A stretch of 64,000 bases of DNA from an uncultured Verrucomicrobiae bacterium (GTDB lineage: Bacteria; Verrucomicrobiota; Verrucomicrobiia; Limisphaerales; Palsa-1400): assembly GCA_963707025.1 (NCBI GenBank), contig CAVPOM010000006.1, forward strand, positions 512,001 through 576,000. Direction: 5' to 3'. Numbering within the stretch: the first letter of the stretch is position 1; the number at the start of each line of letters is the position of its first letter. Shown piece after piece: positions 41,861 through 51,191 of the stretch. The translations under genes were made by a program, and so were the position numbers. The notes under the pieces are model-generated. The model was not told the origin of the DNA. It did no database searches and saw only the letters and a list, made by a program, of their open reading frames with translations.

Positions 41861-43087
41861 TTATGGGCTTTTGAGCCGGTAGAAGTTGTGGCCGATGAGG
41901 GGCAGAGGCAGGACCACCTGACTTAGCCCATTGGTCGGCGCCGGCCGGTTGGTCACAGCGACCCAATTTGTCGGCGCCAAGTCGGAATTCTCTTCCAGCA
42001 CAACACCGCTTGCCGAAGATAAAGCCGGCCAGGAAATGAGGAGTTTTCCGCTCGACGACAGGATGCTCAGCACGGGACTGGCTTGCCAGGTGTAAATGCC
42101 GCCGGGGGAGGCTGCGGCGGCCAATTTGCTGCCATCCGCCGAGGAAGCAATGGAGGTCCAATACTCCACTGGCGCCGCCGCCGTCGTCCAGGTGACTCCT
42201 CCATTGGTTGAGGTGTAAATCAAGCCGTCACCATAGCCGGAGTCCGCTGCCGCCAATTGCGTGCCATCCGCCGACGAGGCGACGGAGGCCCACTGGTTGC
42301 TGGGCGCGCCGGTCGCCGTCCAGGTGGCTCCCGCATTGGTCGAGGTGTAAATCAAGTCGTCGCCAAAGCCGGAGTTCGCCGCCACCAGTTTGGCCCCGCC
42401 GGCCGAAGAGGCGATGGCGGACCATGCGTTGGCCGGCGCGGGGCTGGCCGTCCAGTCGGCTCCCGCATTAGTCGAGGTGTAAATCAAGCCGTCACCATAG
42501 CCGGAGTCGGCTGCCGCCAGCTTTGTCCCATCCGCCGACGAGGTGAGGGAAGACCAAAAGTCGCTTGGGGCGCGGGTCGCGTGCCAGCTTCTCCCGAAGT
42601 TAGTCGAGGCATAGATCAGGCCGTCGCCGCTCCCGGAATCTGCCGCCACCATGCGGGTGCCATCGGCCGAGGAGGCGACGCACGCCCAATAATTGCTGGG
42701 CGCCACCGGCGCTTCCCAGGTGCTGCCAGAGTTGGTGGAAGCATGGATGGCGCCGGGGTTGTAGTCCGAGTCCAGGTAAACCGCCGCCACGAGCCTGCTG
42801 CCATTGGTCGAGCATGCGATCGCTTGCCAGGAGCAATTCGTCGGCGCACTGGTCTGTGTCCAGCTTGCTCCAGAGTTGGTGGACGCACAGACCGGGCCGC
42901 CATCACCGTAGCCGTCGTCACTGGCCACCGCGGCCACTTTGTTCCCATCCGCTGAACAAACGACGCATTGCCAATCACAATTGGTGGACGCGCTGGTCAG
43001 CGTCCAAGTTTGGGCAAACCCTGGATCACTGGCTGTGAACACCAGGCAAAGGGCGACCCATTTGCGCGCGAAATGCTTTGGCCTCAT
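41861..43087 (-). CDS. Secreted Asp-box/BNR repeat protein
   Basis: Signal peptide; six ~45-aa repeats W..VASSADG..L.AA..G.IYTSTN.G.TW; ends FYRLKSP. Confidence 0.88.
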   Translation of the reverse strand: MRPKHFARKWVALCLVFTASDPGFAQTWTLTSASTNCDWQCVVCSADGNKVAAVASDDGYGDGGPVCASTNSGASWTQTSAPTNCSWQAIACSTNGSRLVAAVYLDSDYNPGAIHASTNSGSTWEAPVAPSNYWACVASSADGTRMVAADSGSGDGLIYASTNFGRSWHATRAPSDFWSSLTSSADGTKLAAADSGYGDGLIYTSTNAGADWTASPAPANAWSAIASSAGGAKLVAANSGFGDDLIYTSTNAGATWTATGAPSNQWASVASSADGTQLAAADSGYGDGLIYTSTNGGVTWTTAAAPVEYWTSIASSADGSKLAAAASPGGIYTWQASPVLSILSSSGKLLISWPALSSASGVVLEENSDLAPTNWVAVTNRPAPTNGLSQVVLPLPLIGHNFYRLKSP

Positions 43088-43422
43088 GGAGGATTCTTTG
43101 ACCTTGAGTCGAATTGTCAGCTCATCGGGCGGCTGGCGGCCTTTCGATTCCCCGGCCCCCCGGGCAAATCCCTTTCGGCGATCCGCCTCGTCGCTTGGCC
43201 TCTCGCCGGGCTTTCATCGGCTTGCAACATCCTAAGATTCCGACTGGCTTGAGAAATGCGCGCGGCCAATCGGTGCGGGAACATTGTCCCACACTCAATT
43301 GGCGGCGCTGTTTCTGATTCTCGCGCGGCTTGACGCGAAGCGGAACTCACGGCCTCCGCGCGATGACAGCCCGGCGCCGGGGCAAAGGCTGGCCTTTCCG
43401 CCCGGCAACGGAGACTGGCATT

Positions 43423-44163
43423 CTATTCGCTTGCCGGGGCGACCACGGGCAATTCGCGACGAATGCTAAGGCCGCCATAGGGCACAAGGACGGTGCTGGC
43501 CGTGCCATCACTGACAACGTCCACCACGCCAATCAGGTGGGCCAACCCCGTGCGGACGGTGAGTGGCACCGAATCCGGGTCGTCCTTGGCCGCCAATTCG
43601 ATGTCGTCATCCAGCCGGTCCAAGGGATCGCGGTCGAGCCAAACCAGCACGGGTTCGGGACAGCCGGTTTCAGGATTGAGATGCACGCGTCCGGCCACCG
43701 TAAAGTAACCGCCCGCCAAACCGTTGGTCCCGTTGCCGTTTGGACCGATCTGCAGCACGGCCACAAAATGGGCCCGGTTCGCTCCCGTCTGACCGGCATC
43801 TTCCTGCCGGACCGCGCTCATGGTCGTGCTGGCCGCGATCGTGGCGACCACATTGGAGGTGAGCTTGTCATAGACCACCAAATAGGCCGCGCTCAAGTCA
43901 CATTCAAAGGTCATGGCCATGACCTGATTCGGCACACTGGTATCCGCCGCGTTCCGGCCCATGGCCAGGTCCACCAGATTATGCCCCGCAAAATTCACCT
44001 GATCGAATTGCGGATGGCCGGTGGCCGGATTGGTGCCTTGGGTCAGGCCGATAAAGTATCCGACCGTGCGGAAGGTTGCGGTGCCGGCGCCTGAAGCATA
44101 GGCCGCTATGGCGGCCACGGCAACACTGGCTGCCCCGAGGAGAATACGTTTCGTCGTTTTCAT
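43423..44163 (-). CDS. Hypothetical secreted protein
   Basis: Signal peptide MKTTKRILLGAASVAVAA; AT-rich leader. Confidence 0.78.
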   Translation of the reverse strand: MKTTKRILLGAASVAVAAIAAYASGAGTATFRTVGYFIGLTQGTNPATGHPQFDQVNFAGHNLVDLAMGRNAADTSVPNQVMAMTFECDLSAAYLVVYDKLTSNVVATIAASTTMSAVRQEDAGQTGANRAHFVAVLQIGPNGNGTNGLAGGYFTVAGRVHLNPETGCPEPVLVWLDRDPLDRLDDDIELAAKDDPDSVPLTVRTGLAHLIGVVDVVSDGTASTVLVPYGGLSIRRELPVVAPASE

Positions 44164-44288
44164 GTTTTCTGATTTAGGATGGTGCCCGGCAAGTCATTAT
44201 TTTAGCTGGAATTGATCGCCGGGCTGTTCCTTGGCGCGACTGCCAGACCAATTCCACTCTTGCGGCAACTCAGCCGCGGCACACCAAT

Positions 44289-44304
44289 AGCAAGGCATGT
44301 GCCA
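44289..44304 (-). promoter_or_regulatory. sigma54 promoter
   Basis: TGGCACATGCCTTGCT, near consensus. Confidence 0.85.
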
Positions 44305-44391
44305 CCGATCCTGCATTCGACCAATCAAGCTGATTTACGCCTGGGATTCCAAAAAAAACTTCGCCGACGGCTCGCGCAGATTGGAATGAAT

Positions 44392-44449
44392 TGGGGAATT
44401 GCACCCAATCACCCCGGCCGGGCCGGCACGGATTGGGGGTTATTCCCCA
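44392..44449. promoter_or_regulatory. Putative enhancer pair TGGG-N8-CCCA
   Basis: TGGGGAATTGCACCCA at 44392 and TGGGGGTTATTCCCCA at 44434. Confidence 0.72.
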
Positions 44450-44530
44450 CTGACCGGCCTCCGTGGAGCGGATTAACGAAAACCGCAGCCACACAAGGCA
44501 AACCAGTTCATCGCGTCCTGGCGGGATATT

Positions 44531-44624
44531 ATACGTCTTCCAGTTCGTAACTGCACTGTTGGCAAAGCGATTGGCGGCGGTCGCAGACCGCCGCTACAGT
44601 GCAACAGCAAACTGGAAATGGTAT
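44531..44624. mobile_element. MITE-like element with a single REP hairpin
   Basis: Imperfect 29-bp TIRs ATAC-nnn-TTCCAGTT-n6-TGCACTGT; internal GGCGGCGGTCGCAGACCGCCGCTACA. Confidence 0.65.
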
Positions 44625-44669
44625 TATGGCCGGAGTTTTATTGAATATGCTCTAATCTGGAAAGTCTGC

Positions 44670-44716
44670 AATTTATTCTGCCCGCATTGAAAGCTGCAAT
44701 GCGGGCAGAATAAATT
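44670..44716. terminator. Perfect 20-bp hairpin downstream of recG (possible terminator)
   Basis: AATTTATTCTGCCCGCATTG-7 nt-CAATGCGGGCAGAATAAATT. Confidence 0.55.
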
Positions 44717-44775
44717 CAATTCCCTCCTTTGTCGAGAAAAATGTGGAGTCGGCGGTCATGCGCCCGAATCATTAT

Positions 44776-46826
44776 TTAAAATTCCCTCTTCACCAGGGCG
44801 CGGGCGCGTTCCACCAGTTCGCCATCCGCCGCCAGGTCGCCGAAACGCAGGCGGGGCGCGCCGCTCTGCTGCCGGCCCAGCAATTCGCCGGCCCCGCGCA
44901 ATTTCAAGTCGGCTTCGGCGATGCGAAAGCCGTCGGTGGTTTCTTCCATGGTCTTGAGCCGCGCGCGCGCTTCGGCGGATTTGCCCGCGGCGATCAAGAT
45001 GCAGTACCGATTCCTCCGCCCCGCGCCCGATGCGCCCGCGCAATTGATGCAGTTGGGCCAGCCCGAATTGTTCGGCGTTTTCAATGACCATCAAGGTGGC
45101 GTTGGGCACGTCCAGGCCCACTTCCACCACCGAGGTGGCCAGCAGGGCCTGGGTTTGGTTGCGGCGAAACGCCGCCATTACCCTTTCCTTTTCCTGGCTC
45201 TTGAGCCTGGCCGTGCAGCAGCCCCACTTTCCACGGCGCAAACACTTTTTCCAGATGATGCCATTCCTTGGTGGCCGCCTTGACACCGGTGCTGGTGTCC
45301 GCGTCCTCCACCCGGGAATAAATCACGTAGGCCTGGCGGCCCTGGCCCAGTTTTTCCCGAAGAAAGGCCCACACTTTGGGCAGGCTGTCCGCCGCGCGCA
45401 AAAACGTCTTGACTCGTCCGCGGCCCGGCGGGCCTTGCTCAATGACGGAAATGTCCAGGTCGCCGTACAAGGTCAGCCCCAGGGTGCGGGGAATGGGGGT
45501 GGCGGTCATGACCAGCAGATGGGGATAGCGCCCCTTGCGCACCAGCCGTTCCCGCTGCGCCACGCCGAACTTGTGTTGTTCGTCAATAATAACCAGCCCC
45601 AGCCGCGCCGGCGCGAAGGATTCCTCCAAGAGCGCGTGGGTGCCGATGTAAAGCGTCGCCGGATAAGGCAGGCTGGCGCCCGCCGCGCCGGTTTTGGAAC
45701 TGCCCGTCAGGACCTCCACCCCCACGCCCAGCGGCTCCATCCAGCGCCGGAAATTTTGTCCGTGCTGTTCGGCCAGAATTTCCGTTGGCGCCATGAGGGC
45801 CGCGTCCGCGCCGCATTCCAGGGCCATGAGCATGGCGCAGGCCGCCACCACGGTTTTGCCGGAGGCGACATCGCCTTGCAGCAAGCGGCGCATCGGGGCC
45901 GGGCCGGCCATGTCCCGCCGGATTTCACGCAAGACCCTGGTTTGCGAGGCGGTCAACGCAAATCCCAACCCCGCCAGAAACGGCTTGATCAGACGATTGT
46001 GGTCCCCGGCGCAAGGGAGCGGATGGGCCAGGGCCTCCAATTTCTGGCGCCGCCTGCGCAGGGCGAGTTGCAATTCGATATATTCATCCAGCGCCAGCCG
46101 TTGCCGGGCAATTTCCACATCGCTCATTTCTTCCGGGAAATGAAGCAACTGGATGGCGTGGGCGCGGGAAGGGAAGGGGACGGATTGCGGGTTGCCGATT
46201 GCCGGTTGCGGATTGGCCGAGTCCACAGCCGGCAAGACGAGACGCTCGTTGGCCAGTGGAATTTCGGGATTCGGTTCCGGGACGCCCGGGCCAAATTGGG
46301 CGACGCTGCGCCAAAGCAGGGAGCGCAACCAGCGTTGCGGCAGGCCCTCGGTCAACGGATAAATCGGCGCAATGCGATTGAGATGGATGGAATTCTCCAC
46401 CCCCTCCCCATGCACCACTTCTGTTTCCGGATGATCCATGGTGCGCGGCCGCAGCGAATTGGGTTTGCCATAAACCACCACTTGGTCGCCGATCTTAAAG
46501 CATTTCTCCAGGAAGGGCAGGTTCCACCAGCGGCAGTGCAAACGCCCGGTTCCATCCTCCAAAATGAACTCATAAACCGACCGGGCCCCTTTGCGGTAGC
46601 GGTTGAGGCCGGCGGCCATGATTTTGCCGCAGGTCAAGGCCGGCAGTTCCAGCTTCAATTCGGCGATGCGCTGAAAATGGCGGCGATCCTCGTAGCGCCG
46701 CGGCCGGTGCAACAACAGGTCGCCCACGCAGCGCAATTCCAGCCGTGCCAACTGCGCCGCGCGTTCCGGCCCGACCCCGCGCAAGGCGGCCAGCGGTGCT
46801 TGCCATGGATTGGGCGGATTCGACAC
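44776..46826 (-). CDS. recG: ATP-dependent DNA helicase RecG (one-base frameshifts near 45210 and 45008)
   Basis: [69 protein letters not shown] across three frames. Confidence 0.95.
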
Positions 46827-46967
46827 GCCGCATTTATAGGCGATTTCCCGCCAAAAATGGAAGGCAAAGGTGAAATTTAGGGGGGATGTTTTGCTGGACA
46901 ACCGCCAACCCCGCCTCTATAAAAAGCGGCGGAACCTTCAAAGCCCCATGGAGGGCGATAGAAACAA

Positions 46968-48170
46968 ATGAAAACACTGGTCGCCGATGCTTTTCCGAAA
47001 TCCCACATTCAACGTTTGAAACAGCTTGGCTGCGATGTGGAGTATCAACCCACCGCCAAGTCCGAAGGCCTGCCCGCGCTGGCGGCGTCCTGCAAAATCC
47101 TGGTGGTGCGCGGCAAACCAGTGACCGCCGAGACGCTGCAGGCCTCGCGCCAACTGGCCTTGGTGCTGCGGGCGGGCGCCGGCGTTAATACGATTGATGT
47201 CAAGTCGGCCAGCAGCCGCGGCATCTTTGTCAGCAATTGTCCCGGCAAGAATTCCATCGCCGTGGCCGAGCTGGTCTATGCCCTGCTCCTCTCCATGGAC
47301 CGCCGCGTCCCGGAAGGCGTGGCCGCCCTGCGCGCGGGCCAGTGGAACAAAAAGGAATTCTCCCGCGCCGACGGGATTTTCGGCAAGACCCTGGGCGTGG
47401 TCGGCGTCGGCAGCATCGGACGCGAGGTCATCCGCCGGGCGCACGGCTTTGGTTTGCGGGTGGTGGCCTGGTCGCCTTCGCTCACGTCCGAACTGGCCGG
47501 GGAACTGGGCGTCCAATGGCGGGAAAACGTGGATGACATTTTCCGCGAGGGCGACATCGTGACGCTCCATGTCGTTTTGAAGCCGGAAACGCGCAAAATG
47601 GTCAACGCGTCCCGGCTCTGGCTGATGAAGCCCGGCGCCATCCTGATCAACACGGCCCGCGGCGAAGTAGTGGACCAGGCCGCCTTGCGCGAGGCGCTGG
47701 AGGCCAAACGCATCCGCGCCTGCCTGGACGTGTTTGATCCCGAGCCCGCCGCCGCCGTGGCCGCCTTCAACGATCCGATTCTGAAATTGACCAACCTTTA
47801 CGGCACGCATCACATCGGGGCCTCGACGGAGCAGGCGCAAAACGCGATTGCGGACGAGGCGCTGCGGGTGATCGAGACCTTCATCAAAACGGGGGTGGTG
47901 TTGAACTGCGTGAATCTGGCCAAGCGCACGCCGGCCAGGTGGCAATTGGTGGTGCGCCATCATGACCGGGTGGGCGTGCTGGCCTTTGTCATGGACCACA
48001 TCCGCCGCGCCGGCCTGAACATCGAGGAAGTGGAGAACGTGGTTTTTGACGGCGCCCTGGCGGCCAGTTGCCGCATCCAGTTGGGCGGCGACCCGCCGGA
48101 CTCGCTTCTGTCAACCATCCGGGAAGGAAACCCGGACATCATCGGCCTGGACTTGCTGCAAATTGGGTGA
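46968..48170 (+). CDS. serA: D-3-phosphoglycerate dehydrogenase-like protein with ACT domain
   Basis: RAGAGVNTID, GKTLGVVGVGSIG, INTARG, HIGASTEQAQ, HHDRVGVLA. Confidence 0.8.
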   Translation: MKTLVADAFPKSHIQRLKQLGCDVEYQPTAKSEGLPALAASCKILVVRGKPVTAETLQASRQLALVLRAGAGVNTIDVKSASSRGIFVSNCPGKNSIAVAELVYALLLSMDRRVPEGVAALRAGQWNKKEFSRADGIFGKTLGVVGVGSIGREVIRRAHGFGLRVVAWSPSLTSELAGELGVQWRENVDDIFREGDIVTLHVVLKPETRKMVNASRLWLMKPGAILINTARGEVVDQAALREALEAKRIRACLDVFDPEPAAAVAAFNDPILKLTNLYGTHHIGASTEQAQNAIADEALRVIETFIKTGVVLNCVNLAKRTPARWQLVVRHHDRVGVLAFVMDHIRRAGLNIEEVENVVFDGALAASCRIQLGGDPPDSLLSTIREGNPDIIGLDLLQIG

Positions 48171-48176
48171 AGGAAA

Positions 48177-49436
48177 ATGAAAAACCAGATCATAGTCGCC
48201 TTGGTTCTGTTCTCGCTGGGCCGCGCGCAGGCGGAACTGCGGGTGCCCGCCTTCACCGCCTATCTGGAGCCCAATCCCGACGGGGCGCGCGTCTCAGCGC
48301 GTTCGGGCATTGCCAACTGGACAAATCCCTCGCTCAGGGTGCTGTGGTTCGGCGAAATCAAAACCCCCGGCCAGCTCGACTGCTCGCTGGCGCTGCGGCT
48401 GCCGGCCGGCGCCGAAAGCAAGCTTCGCCTTACCGTGGCCGGCAAATCGCGGGAGGCAACCGCCAATGGAATGGGGGACGATTTGGTGAAAGTTGACTTT
48501 GGATCATTCGATGTCGCGGCGCCCGGTTATCAGCGGTTCACGCTGGAATCGTTGAACCCGGCGGGCCAGGCGGCGGGCAATCTGGACGCGCTCGTGCTGG
48601 ACGGCCCGGCGGCGGTTGGGGCGCATTTCAATCTGAAGGAGCGACGCAATGCTGCCTCGGTGCATCTGACTTATCCCACGCCCGGGGTGACGAACATTGA
48701 CCAGTTTTATTGCGAGGTGACCGGGATGGAGGCGCCGCTCTGGACTTACTTCATGGCCTGCGGCTGGCATCGCGGCTATTTCGGCATGCAAGTCAACAGC
48801 CCCACCGAGCGCCGCATTATTTTCAGCGTGTGGGACAGCGGCGGCGAGGCGGTGGATCGTAATAGAGTCGGCGACCAGGATCGCGTCACCCTCGTGGCCA
48901 AGGGCGAAGGCGTTTTCAGCGGCGACTTTGGCAACGAAGGTACCGGCGGACACAGCCACCTGGTCTATAACTGGAAGACCGGCCAGACGCAGCGGTTCCT
49001 TGTCACGGCCAAGCCGACCAACGGGACCCAAACGATTTACGCCGGCTACTGGTTTCATCCCGAACAAAAAAAATGGATGCTGATTTCCAGTTGGAAAGCA
49101 CCCAAGGATGGCAGCTATCTGCACGGCCTTTACAGCTTCAACGAAAATTTTGGCGGCAGCAACGGCCAGCTCCAACGCAAGGCGCTCTTCGGCAACCAAT
49201 GGTTTCATACCGCCGACGGCCAGTGGCATGAGCAGACCGTCGCCACTTTCAGTCACGACCCGACCGGCCGGGCGGACCGTCTGGACCGGTTCACGGGCGT
49301 GGAGGGCGGCCAGTTCTTCCTGTGCAACGGCGGCTTCGTTCCGGGGTTCACCGAATATGGCGCGCGGTTCACCCGTCCCGCCGCCGGCCATCCACCGGCA
49401 GATTTTATGGCGCCGGAACCCGCTCCCGCAAAGTGA
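48177..49436 (+). CDS. DUF5077/DUF3472-domain secreted protein
   Basis: SVHL.Y, FYCEV, YFMACGW..GYFGMQVNS..ERRIIFSVW, FGNEGTGG. Confidence 0.8.
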   Translation: MKNQIIVALVLFSLGRAQAELRVPAFTAYLEPNPDGARVSARSGIANWTNPSLRVLWFGEIKTPGQLDCSLALRLPAGAESKLRLTVAGKSREATANGMGDDLVKVDFGSFDVAAPGYQRFTLESLNPAGQAAGNLDALVLDGPAAVGAHFNLKERRNAASVHLTYPTPGVTNIDQFYCEVTGMEAPLWTYFMACGWHRGYFGMQVNSPTERRIIFSVWDSGGEAVDRNRVGDQDRVTLVAKGEGVFSGDFGNEGTGGHSHLVYNWKTGQTQRFLVTAKPTNGTQTIYAGYWFHPEQKKWMLISSWKAPKDGSYLHGLYSFNENFGGSNGQLQRKALFGNQWFHTADGQWHEQTVATFSHDPTGRADRLDRFTGVEGGQFFLCNGGFVPGFTEYGARFTRPAAGHPPADFMAPEPAPAK

Positions 49437-50335
49437 ACAAACCAACCTTGCTGATTCTGGCCGCCGGGATGGGCAGCCGTTACGGAGGGCTCAAGCAAAT
49501 CGAGGCCGTCGGGCCGGGCGGCGAGACGATCATGGATTACTCCATCCATGACGCGTTGCGCGCCGGTTTTGGAAAACTCGTTTTTGTCATTCGCCGCGAC
49601 ATGGCGCAAACGTTCCGGGAAATGATTGGCGCGCGCTTTGAGCAGCGCCTTCCGGTGCAATACGTTTTCCAGGAGTTGGACCAATTGCCTCCCGGTTTTT
49701 CCGTTCCGCCCGGCCGCACCAAGCCGTGGGGGACGACCCAGGCGATTCTCATGGCCGAAGAGGCGATCCACGAGCCGTTCGCCGCCATCAACGCCGATGA
49801 TTTTTACGGCGCGCAATCTTATCGCCTGCTGGCAGAGCATTTTCAATCCGCCAGCACCGATTACGCGATGGTCGGATTTGTTTTGCGCAACACCCTTTCC
49901 GAATTTGGCAGCGTGGCGCGCGGGATTTGCCGGGTGGATGAAAACCAATTCCTTCGTTCCGTGACGGAGTTGACCGGGATCGAGCGCGAGGGGGCGGGCG
50001 CAAAAAACACGGCGGCCGGAAAGATCACCCGGCTCACCGGCGACGAACCCGTTTCGATGAATTTCTGGGGCTTCCATCCCGCGCTCTTCGCCCAGTTAAA
50101 AAAGCAGTTCGCGGAATTTCTGGCCGGGAACGCCGGGGACCTGAAGGCCGAATGCTACATTCCCAGCACGGTGAATGATCTTGTGGCGGCGGGCCAGGCG
50201 CGCGTCAAAGTGCTGCGCACCAACGATTCCTGGTTTGGCGTGACTTACCGTGCAGACCGCCCGCGCGTCCTGGAAAGCATCCGCCAACTGATCGCGCGAG
50301 GCGGCTATCCTGAAAACTTATGGAGTTGCATCTGA
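49433..50335 (+). CDS. Sugar-phosphate nucleotidyltransferase
   Basis: GTGA overlap; LAAGMGSRYGGLKQ, KPWGT, INADDFYG, SMNFWGF, WFGVTY. Confidence 0.9.
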   Translation: MNKPTLLILAAGMGSRYGGLKQIEAVGPGGETIMDYSIHDALRAGFGKLVFVIRRDMAQTFREMIGARFEQRLPVQYVFQELDQLPPGFSVPPGRTKPWGTTQAILMAEEAIHEPFAAINADDFYGAQSYRLLAEHFQSASTDYAMVGFVLRNTLSEFGSVARGICRVDENQFLRSVTELTGIEREGAGAKNTAAGKITRLTGDEPVSMNFWGFHPALFAQLKKQFAEFLAGNAGDLKAECYIPSTVNDLVAAGQARVKVLRTNDSWFGVTYRADRPRVLESIRQLIARGGYPENLWSCI

Positions 50336-50340
50336 AAGCT

Positions 50341-50516
50341 CGTCCTCACCCTAACCCTCTCCTCCGAGGAGAGGGAGGTTGTTTGCACCGGGTTGGCGAT
50401 GTTGAGGCGCTTGGTTTTGCGAAGCGTTTGGCCGGGTTTGGCAAATGCGCTGAGAACTGAGGTGGACGACAGCCTGCTGTTCCCTCTCCTGGAGGAGAGG
50501 GTTAGGGTGAGGTCGA
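50341..50516. repeat. Inverted pair of CCTCACCCTAACCCTCTCC..GGAGAGGG palindromic units
   Basis: Unit at 50341-50377 and inverted unit at 50481-50516. Confidence 0.85.
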
Positions 50517-50565
50517 GCATTTTTCCTCACTTTCCATTTTTCCTGATTTGGCTAACCTTCGTCTC

Positions 50566-50985
50566 ATGGCCGGCTCTGAACGCGCCAGACAATTGCGGAA
50601 GGATCAAACCTGGGCCGAGAAGCTCATGTGGCGTTGGTTGCGGCATCGCCGGTTTAGCGATTACAAATTCCGCCGCGAGCATCCCATGGGCATCTATTAT
50701 CTGGATTTCTTTTGCGAAGAAGCGCGCCTGGCCGTTGAATTGGACGGCATAGGCCATGGTCATGCAGACCAGCAGAAGCATGATGTGGAGCGGGAGGCTT
50801 TTCTCACCTCACGCCGCATCAAGGTTTTGCGCTTCTGGAATTCCTATTTGCGCCGCAATGAGAAAAGTGTTCGTGATACCATTTTTCGCGAATTGCAGAT
50901 GCGAGCGCCACATCCGCTGCCGGATTACACGCGACCAAGGCAAGCGCCGGGCGATGATGCGGAGGGGAATAAGTCGGGGAATTAG
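50566..50985 (+). CDS. DUF559 (Vsr-like) endonuclease domain protein
   Basis: ARQLRKDQT.AE..MW..LR, KFRREHP.G.Y.LDF.C, AVELDG..H, VLRFWN. Confidence 0.9.
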   Translation: MAGSERARQLRKDQTWAEKLMWRWLRHRRFSDYKFRREHPMGIYYLDFFCEEARLAVELDGIGHGHADQQKHDVEREAFLTSRRIKVLRFWNSYLRRNEKSVRDTIFRELQMRAPHPLPDYTRPRQAPGDDAEGNKSGN

Positions 50986-51019
50986 AGAAATATCAGCGCT
51001 ACGCGGAGATTAAAGGGTT

Positions 51020-51120
51020 CGTCCTCACCCCGGCCCTCTCCTCCGAGGAGAGGGAGCATTACTGGCAGCGGGTTGGCGATGTTGAGGCCCTGGTCTCTCT
51101 CCGCCGGGGAGAGAGAGAAT
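51020..51120. repeat. Same palindromic unit, direct-repeat partner of 50341-50408
   Basis: CGTCCTCACCCCGGCCCTCTCCTCCGAGGAGAGGGAG..CGGGTTGGCGATGTTGAGGC plus a degenerate second hairpin. Confidence 0.82.
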
Positions 51121-51191
51121 TGTTTCCAGCGGGTTGGCCCACACGTTTTTAGTTGGCGTTGTTCGTCTGCTAATTCTAATCTAAAAACCAC

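Noticed and set aside
42100..42950. Regular ~135-bp DNA repeats as a CRISPR array
   Set aside because: They are coding repeats of the Asp-box protein; no unique spacers or cas genes.
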